From Azolla caroliniana (lineage: Eukaryota; Plantae; Polypodiophyta): 64,000 nt of DNA. Made by a program: the position numbers and the translations under genes. The stretch is from NCBI GenBank assembly GCA_043228905.1, contig JBHGNT010000013.1, positions 5,580,001 through 5,644,000 of the forward strand, in the 5' to 3' direction. Within the stretch, counting starts at the first letter, position 1, and the number at the start of each line of letters is the position of its first letter. The notes under the pieces were generated by a model. That model did not search any database. It was not told the origin of the DNA and saw only the letters and a list, made by a program, of their open reading frames with translations. Positions 13,821 through 26,400 of this stretch are shown here, piece by piece.

Positions 13821-14879
13821 GATCAACAGAGCAACGTGATATAATGTCGACCCTCCCTCATTTTGGAGCTATAACATGGAAAATGGAAATACCACTATGA
13901 TTATTTTACACGAATTGGATCCCATATACACCTCATCAAGTGAGACCAGTATGATGATATTGTAAACCATATCAAATGATTCCTTGTTTGAGTTAAATTA
14001 ATGGATTTGAGTTTCATGTGCATAAAATGTACATCCATCAAACAAATTAATTGTAGGAACTCAATCATGTTAAAATATATATGTCAATTTAGTAGCTCTA
14101 TTATCTTTTGTCACTTTTTCTTGGATTGGTTGAAAGGTCACACAATAGATGTATGGTCAAGCCAATAGATGTTTTTTCGTATTATTTTATTGTCAGTTAT
14201 ACTCATTTAATGAGCAAGAAGAATCACATCTCCACCTTCATCCATTTCTCCTTCTTTAGCCATGGCAAGAGCTCGATGGAGCTCTCTCTCTACTCTGTCT
14301 TGGTCTATGTCTGTAAAGTCGTTTCTGTTTGTCGGCTGTCAGTCGTGCCTGTTCATTGGCCATTTGTCGACCGTCGTCGTCGTGGACTATCCGACGGCCA
14401 TCTTTCAGTTCGGCCGGCTGAATCATTGGTGGTCGTGTCTATTTGGCCAGTTTATTTTTTTTGTCATCTGGCTCGTTGGTCATCTCTCTTGGGTGGCTGT
14501 TTGGCCATACTCTCGGCTGGCCGAGCGTCTCAACTGTGCTCTTGGCCACACGTTTTGGCCGTCTTCTCGGTCGCGCGTCTCGGCCATGCTCTTGGTTGCA
14601 TATCTTGCCCGTTGTTTCTCATTCATCACTTGGCCGTATTCTCGGCCGTGCATGGCCATCGACCCGGCCACCATTGTTCAGCCACCATTGTCCGACTCAT
14701 CTATGCCTCGAGTCTCACCTCTGCCCGTGTCTCCCTATGCAGCTGCCTCGTCTTGATTGTCCTTTTTGCCTCTCCCTGAAGCTCTCTCTTCTTGAGTTGC
14801 ACTTAGATTTGGGTAGATCTAGAGGTCAATCTCGTGGTATATTCATAGTATGAAAACTCTTGAACTACTTTTTGAGATT

Positions 14880-15135
14880 CTTTGAGAAGACCAACATCAT
14901 CTTGCTGCACAGAGCTTAAATGAGGACATGCATAATGACATGAATTAACAAACAACCACACCTTTCTTCAGTGCAATCATGTCTTTCAAGCATATCTTGA
15001 AATTTATCTTGAAATTGATGCAGTCCATGACGCAACATCTTTGACTCAAGCATATAAAGCACTTTCTGAGTTGCATCAAGAAAGCCATACCTAGCATACA
15101 TATAAACCAATGTACTTCCACCGCTTTTTGATACT
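14880..15135 (-). pseudogene. PLS-class pentatricopeptide repeat (PPR) gene fragment
   Basis: GSTLVYMYARYGFLDATQKVL... followed after a frameshift by KDVASWTASIS matches the PLS PPR consensus GSALVDMYAKCG..DA.KVFD....DVVSW.A.ISGY. Confidence 0.72.
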
Positions 15136-15149
15136 AGAATATGCATTTT

Positions 15150-15598
15150 TGTAAAAGAATAGTGTGCGGAAGTAATAGAAAACCGAAAAACAGAAACACA
15201 GGTTTAATGGAGAGCTTGAATATACATAGTACGTGGGAGAGTCAGAGAAAGAGCAAAACATAAAACTCTATTAAAAAATTAACTCTCAAACTCTGTACAT
15301 CATATGTGTTTAGTGAACACTTTTATACAAGTCCATACGGACTGACAGAAGTACGGTGTACTTCAATGCTCACTCGAGCGTCTGCCACTAACTATGAGAC
15401 TATTAACTATCTAGTAGTCTAGGCTACTACTAGGCTTCCAGTTACTGTTTGATCCAGCTCACCGGCTCCCTAGCTCACCGGCTCAATTGCTCGTCGGCTT
15501 GCCGATCCGTCTCACTGATCCGGTTTCATCCTTCCGGTTGTCGATCTGGCTCAGGCTTATTCAGCCGATACGGATCTGGTTGAGCTTGCCGCTCAACA
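15150..15598 (-). mobile_element. Solo LTR (Copia, family of 41772-43603) with TSD ATTTT
   Basis: TG...CA ends, reverse-complement match to LTR 41772-42158, and ATTTT at 15145-15149 and 15599-15603. Confidence 0.9.
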
Positions 15599-15659
15599 AT
15601 TTTAGATCCATTTCTTGGATCTTTAAGCTTTTCCCAAGTAATTAGTAAGGCCACAAGAG

Positions 15660-16431
15660 TGACACTACACATGCAAACAGGAACATTCATCTCCATTTCC
15701 TCATATAATGTCAAGTGTTCTTGGGTGGGCATTGAAGGAGGAGAACTGGGTAATGGAAACAGAGGAAGGGTACTCCGAAGCTAGCAGAAGTTGAGATGGA
15801 GCAAGTGACACAGGGTAGGTCTAGGGTAAGGGCAAGCTATGGTGATAATCTTCTTTTTCTTCTTCAAGCTCGGCTATGAATTGGACATATAGATAAAGGG
15901 AGAGAGACTTCTTCTCAAGGTGGGGGAAACTTAATAAGCTCCTCTCATGGCACACCTACCCTTTCTTTCTCTAGTTGCACCAACACACAAATATAGAGGA
16001 GCAGAGAGGGAGTGGGAGCTTTAGGCACCATGGCCATGGATGACGTTTCTTGGCTTTAGGTTTCCTTCACAATAGCACACACCCACACACTTGGGCATAC
16101 TCGCAAATAAGACAGAGATGCAAACCCTAAACTTCTTCTCAAAGGAGGGTTGTCCGTTTAGACGTGCCAAAAGTGTTCTAGGCTTCACCCCCCTCCCAAG
16201 GGGGTACGATATATAGAGAGAAGGAGAGAGTGAAAATAAGAATGACACCCAAAATAAGAGGGAAAAAGTTATTCATTACAACGGTTACATGACTGTTATA
16301 AATAAGACCGTTATTATGTGCATGTGTCCATACACATACTCGTCCTCACACACACATTTACTTTACACATACACATCAACCACATCATTACACCTACCCT
16401 TATGCCTCCCCGTATATTCTTACGGGTAACA
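15660..16431 (-). repeat. LTR-like fragment
   Basis: Minus strand begins TGTTACCCG at 16431 with TATA-like and CT/CA-rich tracts, abutting copy 2 of the dispersed repeat. The other end is undefined. Confidence 0.35.
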
Positions 16432-16484
16432 TCTTCTACCAACAAGACTAGATGTTTTGAATAGTGAAAGAAACAACAACAAAC

Positions 16485-16686
16485 TGTCAAGATTCAAACT
16501 CTTGACCTCTTGTATTATAGTCAAATGCTATATTGTAACCAACACATCCAAGTACATGGTCATGTGTTCATGACACAGTCCTGGGTTCAAGTCCACATGA
16601 AGCATAATGTTCACGGATTCATGACACTCCTGACACAGTCCTAGGCTCAAGTCCAAGTGAAGCATAATGTTCATGAATTCATGACA
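16485..16686. mobile_element. 202-bp TGTCA...TGACA insertion with TSD CAAAC (mini solo-LTR derivative)
   Basis: CAAAC at 16480-16484 and 16687-16691. Absent from the paralogous copy at ~13370. Its repeated terminus GGTTCAAGTCC...CATAATG.TCA.G..TTCATGACA matches the end of solo LTR 54754-55187. Confidence 0.8.
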
Positions 16687-17599
16687 CAAACTACTCCTTA
16701 ATCTCCTATATGCTTGTGCATTCTAACTTGGGCATCACAATGATTAGAGATTATTCCTAATGTAAACATAAGACAAGGAAATATAAGATAGATATATAAG
16801 AAAAAAGAGAAAAAAGGGTATTGATCCACCTGATCACCACCGAGCGAAGTGATCGAGATATAATCGAGCCTTGATTGGCGTCCCACACCACTGCCATGAC
16901 ATCAAGTTGTACTAGTGTCGTGGATGATTGCGGTCACTAGGAGAAAGGTCCGTCAGATGTGTGTGAACAAGGGTGTGAACGGATGTACATGAAAGAAGTC
17001 TTATGTATAAACAATCATAAGTATTATAGTATTAACAAGTACAAGGTAGAGTATTTTAATAGGTACTTTATGATTCAGCAAAAAGAGTGATGGGAGGAAA
17101 TCGCGAAGGGAATATCTCACAGAAAATGAGTAACAAAGTATCATGGAGATTAACAAGGAAGGGAAGATGTTTGTTTGAGACATAAGTCATTTTGGAGGAA
17201 AAGGTGCCGTCAAATTGTGTTTTGGAGTACTATAGGTTTCCTGTAACAATCAACCGGTTAAGTGGTGTGCAACCTCTGCTTGTGTTGGAAGCTCGTGTGC
17301 TCCCGACTAAGGGCTCACTAGTCTGCAAGATTGTTGAGCTCGAAGTTTTGTTTCTGGCCCAAGGCTAACTTTATATTCTTTCTTAGTGTTTAATCGATTA
17401 TTTGGAGTTGATTTATCTGGGTGCTCACTCTATGATGCTTGTTTGTCTCTCCTTGAGTTGTGTCAATATTCCTAACTTGTTTGTGGTGTTCAGGGAGGTA
17501 TCACTCTTCTCTCCTTTGTTCTACACTTGCTGACTCATGTCTGTGAGCATGTGTATTCATCATATGGATTCTGGTGATAGAGCCATATCGGATACGACT

Positions 17600-19715
17600 C
17601 TATGAGCTCGTGTCCTCATTAAACAGACTGGGGTAACTAGGCTAGATCGGTCACTACGAACCTCAACTGCCACTCATTCTTAACCTCAATTGGTAAAGGT
17701 GCTCTGAGAAGCTCATAGATTGTGGGAGACCTTCGAAGAGGGGCTATTAGAGACATACGACTATGAGAGGCCAAAGGGGCGAGATCATTGCGAGTTTTGA
17801 CAGGTGGGGAATGTTAGCGAAGGCCCATCGAGGCACAATGGAAGCATTCCTAGAGTTTGAGCGACGCTATGCTCGACTCTCATAGCGGGAACAATGACTG
17901 GTGGGCATGATAAGGTCTTATTATTCATGAAGTCCATTGACTCAAGGGAATATATGGCCATAGGACTCAAGCTCAAAGACGATGATGGCCTCACCGAGGA
18001 CTAGATTGACGTAGAGAATGTAACAAGAAGCACACAAGACCCTCGCCGGCCATGGCATGGTCCGCCAACGGTTAAAGGAGGGTGAAGTGCGATGGCGTGC
18101 CATCACAAAAAGAAGTGGGCGTGCCAGGGATGGTTTGGCGGTGCTCGACGTCAAGTCCTTGATAAGGCAAGAGAGGTCTATTACAGAGTTAGGATCAGAA
18201 GGATCGAAGGTTGAGGAGGAAGTCGCTTCCTTGGGCACAAAGGACAGGGCCTATATGGAGGTTGAGATACGGTGCAACAGTACCATGGGAGGGGCTGTAG
18301 AGCAAGACTCTCTCTCACCTTGCGAAGGAATGACAGATGAGGATAAGGTTGGGAACTATGGAGGGATAGACGCTGATTCAAGAGTGGATTTCCCACACCA
18401 GTTCTTGGCACTTTGGCAGTTGTGCCCGACAACCAATTTGAGACCGAAGAGACGGAAGGTGATGATAGGAAAATAAAGGACCAAGCCAACGAAGATGATG
18501 ACAATGAGACATTTGGTGAAAGACGAGATCTCCCCACACTGGTTCTAGAGACTTTGGTGGGCCCATGTGTCAATATCAAAAAGTGGAGAACAGAGACAAT
18601 AACAAGGAGGAGGAGGAGGATGACAATAGAAAATGGGATCTCTCCACACTAGTTCCAGAGACTTTGGCAGTTCTGCTCGAGAGCCAACATGAGACTACAA
18701 AAATGTAAGATGGCGATAAGGAGACAAGGCCCGACGCCAGTGTATGTGAAGGGAAGGAGGTTGTCAACGATGAGGCTCAGTACAAAGCTGAGGGAAAGCT
18801 AAATGAAGAGGCAAGAGGTGGCAAGGAAGGGGGGGGCAAGAACTGACCCGGAAGGAAAATGGTTTGGTCTGATACCAGTCGATCAAACCCGACTCACATG
18901 AGATCTAACTCGAACGAAACCGATTGGTCGAACCCGATCTAGAAGGAAGCCGACCTGATCGAGACCGATTGAACGAGATCAATTTGGCCAACTTGAAGGG
19001 AGGATCCAAACAAAAATTGACTAAACCAGAACACGACCGACCAAGATCGATCCAAATAGAAGTTGAGTTGGCCTAGTTGATGGTCGAAGTGATCAACTGG
19101 TGACATCTGGTCGGGGTTGGTGGGAGCAATGAGGAGGCCAAGCAAGCATGACGACTATGAGGAAGAAGACAAAGATCAAGAAGAATCCTCCACACTTAAA
19201 CCTGAGACTTTGGCAGTTGCGGATCAACATAAGACCGGAGAGACAGAGGGTGGTGGCGAGGAGTCGGAGGTTGAAGCGGGCAAGGGTTTCGGAAAGGATG
19301 AAAGGAGTGTTATGGTGGACAATCAAAGCCAAGAAGGCCAATCAGATTAGAAGCATGATCCTCAAGACAAGGCGGCGATATTGGAGGCCATGGAAGAGAC
19401 CAAACTAGACGACACTAACACGGATGTCAGGATGGTGGTGGACTCTACCGTAAGAGAAGACCACAACAAAATGAGAAGCGTGTAATATGGTCACATAAGG
19501 GCCTAGGGATGAGCTTATATTCGAAGGAGATCGATGTCAATGAGAAGCGATCAAAGAATAAAGAAGGACGACACACCAAAGTGCTTGGGTCAAAGGACAG
19601 TTGGGCTGGAAGCAACACATACAAGGTGCATGACAAACAGTATCCGGCATGCGGTGTGAATGGTTGGGATCTCAATTGGAGGACATGGGAAGAGGTGAAA
19701 GGAAGAGGGGTTTGG
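17600..19715 (+). mobile_element. Degenerate Gypsy gag remnant (related to gag of element V) followed by acidic and 15-bp-periodic low-complexity repeats
   Basis: ~17900-18020 translates DKVLLFMKSIDSREYMAIGLKLKDDDGLTED, similar to DKVIMFLRAVD...DLRVLLED...GLTETW in ORF 45495-46529. GAGACTTTGGCAG-type repeats recur at 18400-19220. Confidence 0.5.
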
Positions 19716-20442
19716 TAGGCAAAGCGCAAGGACATGGTCGCTCCTTCTGGTCAAGACCACCGATGAGACGAAATGGACTATAGGAGTTGGTGCATACTGA
19801 TGTGTGTCAAGTGGACATGAAATCACATGCTGGATCACAGTACTTCGTGACGTTCATAGATGACCATAGCTGGAAGTTGTGGGTCTCTTCAAGTGTTGTC
19901 CATCTTCAAGGAGCTCCATGCAAGAGGGGAAAGGGAAACCGGTCGGAAGCTAAAGGCAATTCGAGCAGATAATGGAGGCAAATATTGAGGGCAGTTCAAG
20001 GAGTACTGCGGGTCAAAGGGAATCCGGCTTGAATTTATCATGCCGAAGACGCCGGAACTGAACGGGCTGGCCGAACGGATGAATTGGACCGTAATGGAGA
20101 GAGTTTAGTGCATGTTGGCATATGCAAAGCTACCCAAGATGTTTTGGGCTAAGGCGCTAATGAGAGCGACCTATGTGATAAATAGATCACCCTCAGCATA
20201 TGGACCGATAAGGACGTGTCTTACCGGCATCTGAAGGTGTTCGGTGTCTCGCTTATGTGCGTGTTGCAAAAGACAAGAGAGCGAAGTTGGATCTGAAGTC
20301 CCAAACTTGCATATTCCTCGGATACGGTGACGATCAGTTTGGCTACCGAGTGTTGGACCTGATTGACAAGAAGGTTTTCCGGAGTCGGGACTTCATCTTC
20401 ATGGAGGATAAGACCATTGCTGATTGGGAGTCGGAGAAGAAG
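19715..20442 (+). mobile_element. Copia X integrase fragment (Tnt1/Tork-like), continuing at 29810-29940 after the Y insertion
   Basis: ELVHTDVCQVDMKSHAGSQYFVTFIDDHS, ELNGLAERMN and ...IADWESEKK. The sequence resumes AGAAGATAATGAA after Y, as in the uninterrupted homolog near 56800 (minus strand). Confidence 0.88.
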
Positions 20443-23400
20443 TGTTGAGTGAGAAGCTCAACATTGGGTGTGTAATACGGTGCGTAACCCAATGCGTAGA
20501 CTGGACACGAAAGTTAGTACGCATAAATTGGCCGAAAGGCCGTTAGAGAGATATTCCTCATAAGGAATAATTTTGGGAGTGAGTGTCGAGGCTCATTTAT
20601 GAGCGGTCAAGTACTGTTAGTACTTGTGTCAGCCCGATTGTCAGGGCTTGTATAAAAGGTGCTCACTGAGCACGAAGTATGTACAGAGTGTTATTATTTT
20701 TAAAATTGAACTATTGTGTGTGATCTCTCTCTCCATCTCTGTGTTTTCTGTGTTTAATGAACTGTCTTATTTCCAAACTGTATACATTGTGTTTACACAT
20801 ACGCTTCCGCACACGCTATTCTTTACATGGTATTAGAGCGCGAGGGTTGAAGTCCTCTGCAGTCGACAAGAAAAGCTTGCGACCAAACAGAGTTGAAGTT
20901 GTTCTTTGTTTTTCGGAAAAGGAAAAGATAGCAAAATGGACAGAGGTATGGGAAGCTCACTTCCAACTAAAAAGCTTGACAAAAGCAACTACGCATCTTG
21001 GTCATACAAGATGCACCAATACCTGCTCGGCCATGGCTACTGGAGTTACATCGAAGGAGCTAATAATACAGCACCCAACTTGACACACAAGGATTTTTCG
21101 GCTTGGGAACAAGCGGCAAGCAAAGATCTCTATTGCTTTGCCTCTTGTGTGAGCGACCAGCTATTAAGCTACATTTGGGATGCTAAGATGCTAAAGGACG
21201 CGTGGGAAAATCTCAAAAAGATTTTCGCCGCTAGCACAATGGCTAGGAAGCTACAACTCAAATAGGAGCTCAACAATGTCAGATAGAAAGATCTGTTTGT
21301 GGCAGATTAGAGGCTCGGATCAAGGAAATCTGCAACTCTCTCGCCTCCGTCAACGTGAACGTCGAGGAGGACGAGATAGTGCAAGTGTGCCTTGGTGGGC
21401 AAGTGTCCAAGTTCGGAGCTTTCCGAACGATAGTCTGTACGAGGGAGAATACGCCTTCGTTTTTTGAGCTTCAGTCAATGTTGCTCATGGAGGAAAACCA
21501 CGCACGTGCGTCGATGAGTATGCGCACCGACGACAAGATGTTATACACGGAGGAAGATAGGCCCCGTGGTCATGGTGGATGAGGTGGATCAACGCGCAAT
21601 GGAGGCAGCCGAAAAGAGCAGAATGGACGGCATAATTGAGATGCCGGAAGCAATTCCGAACCCTCCGGAAGTAGGGGGAGTCATGGCGGCGCCGGAAGAT
21701 GGCAAGAGAAGGCCACATCGGAATGCAGGTACTGTGGAAAGAAATGCCATAGAGAGAGCGAGTGCTGGAAGAAACAAACCGATTCAGACAAAGCTGGATC
21801 AAGCGGAAGAGACGCAAGAAGGTGTCAAAAGTCACACTACACTGAGGGCTCTGAACGAGTCGGAAATGGATCAGGCCCAACCTTCGTAATGAAGCATAAG
21901 GCCAACTCGATGGCTGTGAACACCTCGAAACTGAGCGAGGTGTGGTATGTCGATTCCGGAGTGTCAAATCATATGATGAGTCACGAGGAATGGTTCTCGT
22001 ACTTGGAGAAACTGGAATCGCAAGGAGTTGTCTAGAGCAGACGACACTCCACATACCATCGAACATGTTAGGGAAGTTCCCCTCACACACATCGGGCAGA
22101 AAGGGAAGCTTATGAATGTGTTGCACGTCCCAACAATAATGAAGAACTTGGTGTCTGTTACCCGGCCGGCAAGAAGGCTTAAGGAGATCCAAACCAGAGT
22201 GTGAAAGGAATAGTTTATTCGGGAACTGTTGTAATTAGTAATCTTAATATATATTAATATATGAGAAGATGTGGACGGACGGACCGGAATCGGTATGCCG
22301 ATCCGGATCCGGACCGATCCCGAAAAGGTTCCGGTTGGCACCGTTTTGTACTTCACACCGGAGAATTATATAAAGGCCCGGTTACAATGTAATCGACAAT
22401 GGATAATTAATAGAACGTATTGCCTTAATCTTTCAGTATTGATTACCGTTCTGTGCTTATTGTATATCTTATGTGTGTTAATGATGTATTGCTAAGTAAT
22501 CGATTAAGGCCTAATTAAGCGTTGTGTCGTAAGTCATCCTGCCATAACACCCTTTGGTGAAGTGTCTTAAGTGGACACCCTGTGTTAGGTTGTTGTCCGG
22601 CCCTAGGATTAACACAGTTTTTGGTGACCACGATTCCTGCACAATCGCAGTGAACAATGGTGGGAATGGATGACTAGGCCAACAGACGACCCGGTTACAG
22701 AGAGAGCACGAAGACTTGCTGAACGGCGAAGACGGCGGGAGGCTTTCCAGCAAGCAACGGAAGAAATCCGATCGGATCGATCATTTTCCAAAGTGATCCG
22801 GAAAGTGGTGGAGGAGTCGCTCCATTTGCAACAAGACGCCTACCCGGACGAAGGAAGCAGCTTAAGCAGCCTCCGGGAAGCGGAATCCCTTCTCCAGGCC
22901 TTGGCTGGAAGAGCCGGCGAATCCGAAGCATTTTTAGTGCTGGAATCGAATTCGGAGGGGGGTTACAACGCGCACACGAACTATCGCAGCAGTAATGACA
23001 CCCCAGGAGGACCGGAGGACGAGGAGTCGGATACATTACTGACACCGGAACCAGAGTTGTCAGACCGGGAACCCCCGACACTAGACGTCGAGCAACCTCC
23101 GGAGACGGAAGAAGACAAAGAATGACCTCCGACACCGGAAGTCGAGCTGGCAACACCAAAGGAAGACCGGCAAAGACCTCCGACGCCGACGGAACAACAG
23201 GAAAGACCACCGACACCGCCAGCCCGCGTACCGACACCGGACGACGACATGCCGTTCCAGTACTCCAAGTATAGGGATGACCCAGACGCGGAGGCTCATG
23301 TTCACGCGTTTCAACAAACATGGGAGGCGAACCATGTGTCACAACGGTTAACCATGGCTGAAGAGGAACGATCTAAGATAGCCGAATTCGGCGTGACATT

Positions 23401-26400
23401 GGAAGGACCGGCCGCACGATGGCACTGGACACAAGACCCTAGCACCATCACCACCTTTGCGGACCTGAAAGATAGATTCTTGCACTTCTTTCAGAAGGAG
23501 GTGGACCAGAGAGAAATGATGGGCCTATTTTATACCATCCGGTAGGACCCCGGGGAGAGCATTCGGCAGTTTGTCATCCGGTTTCAACGGATGCACAGTC
23601 AGCTTACCCGCGCAACTCCGGAGGAAGAAACACGGGCTATATTTTTAGCCGCGCTCCGGGAACCTCTACGAATGGTATGCACGGTCATCGACTTTCGCAC
23701 AAGCACCGTCGACCAGGTCATCGACTGGGTTAGAGAAATGGAGAAAACGAGCTCTTGGCTAACAATGGGAGACCTCCAACGAGCGTTACAAACCGATGAG
23801 GATCTCCGGTTCCGGCAAGCAATCCAATGCACGACCTGCTTGAATTCCGGACACTTGTCACTAGAGTGCACCATGCGGACGCACTGCTTACTTTGCCAAT
23901 CTACGAGCCACACGATGGACCGGTGCGAATATAACTTATTGAATCGGCAAGCACCACCAGTCCGGCAAATCGAGCCACGTAGTAGCCGAGACGAAGAAGA
24001 TGAACGTTGGCGGCGAGAGGAGTGATATCGACCAGCACAGGATGTCCGGTACGACAATCGACGAGAGAACTATGACCGGTACCGAGATTACAACGGACGG
24101 TACGAGCATCACAATCGGGATCACTCCCCCGGGTATTACCAACGACGGGAAGATTACGGGAGATATGACGACCAACCCCGTCAAGGGTACCGTAACAAAA
24201 GGAACTTTAATAAAAAACGGCAGTTCAAAAAAGGGAGCCACCCACGTGAACCGGCAAAAGGCGCATCAAGCAGCCAACCGGACCAAAGTCCCGCGGTCAC
24301 CACGGGTCCTCCACCGGGTACAGGAAACAATGCCGAATCCAACAATACCTGGAAAGCATATTGCTATTATTGCCGGCAAGAAGGACATTATAGTAATCAA
24401 TGTCCGGCAAAGAGCAATGACAAGCGACCGGCAGTAAACATGGTAGTCGCCGAAGTCGCCGACCTACAACAGGTTACCACAAGGTCGAAGGGCAAGACGA
24501 AGGAATGGGAGACACAAGAGGACATCTGGAAGCAGAGAATAGAATGGGTGAAAAAGGCAAATGAGCGAAACATAGCAATTGTCGCATTATAGGGAGCAGG
24601 AGGCGGATACGGTCAGAATCATCAAGCAATTGAAAGAGGAGCGACAAGCCGCAGAGAACAAATCACGGATGGGAACCGAACGGATCCAGTGCATACTCCG
24701 GTCATGGCTCACCAAGACAAAAAGCTTGATTGACGAGAGCTCTGTGCGATGGTGGACGAAATGGGCGCAGAATACGGCGGAACTCCAATTGCTCAGGGCG
24801 GACGTAGAAAACCGACGGAAGGAGGATGACGACTGTTATACGCTGACATCGGAGGACTTCACCGCCAGAAGGGATGAGCTGGCCGAAGATTTCATAACCC
24901 TGGCGGATGAACAATTGGTGCAGGTCCGGCAGCTCGTAGCTCAACTAGATGACGATCGGCTGGAGGCTCAAATCCAGTTTGACATCGGGAAGAAAAAGCG
25001 AGGAAGGCGGCAACGGTCAACCTTAGTGATGAGGAACCGTCGCCGATACAAGGACTAGACGGGGACCAGGCCGGGATCAGTCAGCCAGCAACAACTTCGA
25101 CGGAGGAGACAACGAAGGAAACGCCGGCGCCAGAGCGACAAATGGAGCAGCAACCCCAAACGGAGAAGGCACAAACGGAGCAGCCAGAGACACAAACGGA
25201 ACAACAGCCACAACAACAACAACAGATTCCTGACGAGCCATTGGAAATTCTGGAGCAAAGCATTCTGGAAATTATGGACGAAGCGTAACAGGGCCGGATA
25301 ATGGGTTCGACGTACAAGGCACTGTCCCACGGGTGTGCCATGTGTTACCCGGCCAGCAAGAAGGCTTAAGGAGATCCAAACCAGAGTGTGAAAGGAATAG
25401 TTTATTCGGGAACTGTTGTAATTAGTAATCGTAATATATATTAATATATGAGAAGATGTGGATGAACGGACCAGAATCGGTATGCCGATCCGGATTCGGA
25501 CCGATCCCGAAAAGGTGCCGGTTGGCACCGTTTTGTACTTCGCACCGGAGACCTATATAAAGGCCTAATTACAATGTAATCGACAACGGATAATTAATAG
25601 AACGTATTGCCTTAATCTTTCAGTATTGATTACCGTTCTGTGCTTATTGTATATCTTACGTGTGTTAATGATGTATTGCTAAGTAATCGATTAAGGTCTA
25701 ATTAAGCGTTGTGTCGTAAGTCATCCTGCCGTAACACCCTTTGGTGAAGTATCTTAAGTGGACACCCTGTGTTAGGCTGTTGTCCGGCCCTAGGATTAAC
25801 AGTGTCGATTGGTCAGATCGTCGACCAAGGGATGCAGGTTCGATTCACGCATCTTGGCTGCTTCATCGAAGAAGAAGGCAAAGTCATTGCACAAGGGAGC
25901 CGTGAAGAGAGGATGTTTATCCTCGAAACCAACAATGTGGGCACCGCAATGTTCGCAAAAGGACAAAAGGTCGAGTCGGATATCGACCTATGGCACAAGC
26001 GGTTTGGCCACGTAACTTTCCCACGACTTCGTGAAATGCAGACGAAGAACATCATTTTCGGATTGTCAAAATTTTCGGGCCGTAATGCCTAAGTTTGCGA
26101 AGCTTGCCAAATGGGAAAACAACACCGACTTCCATTCCCCAACGAGCGTAATCGGAGCCGAAATCTGCTTGATTTGATCCACTCGGATGTGTGGGGACCG
26201 GAACAGAACGTGACTCTTGGTGGAAGCCGTTACTTTGTAACCTTCATCGATTATTTCACTCGGCATACGTGGGCATGCACGATCGTGAAGAAGAGCAAAG
26301 TCTTCGTACGTTTCCTGGAGGTAAAAAGCCTTGCGGAAAGGGAAACGGGGCATAAGATCAACTGCCTATGGTCCAATGGCTGGAAGGAGTACTTCTCCGA

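Noticed and set aside
14108-14853. Three overlapping ORFs of 136-223 aa
   Set aside because: They come from an A-poor TTGGCCG/CTCGGCCG repeat-rich tract that lacks stop codons, with no recognisable domain. Probably TE non-coding DNA.
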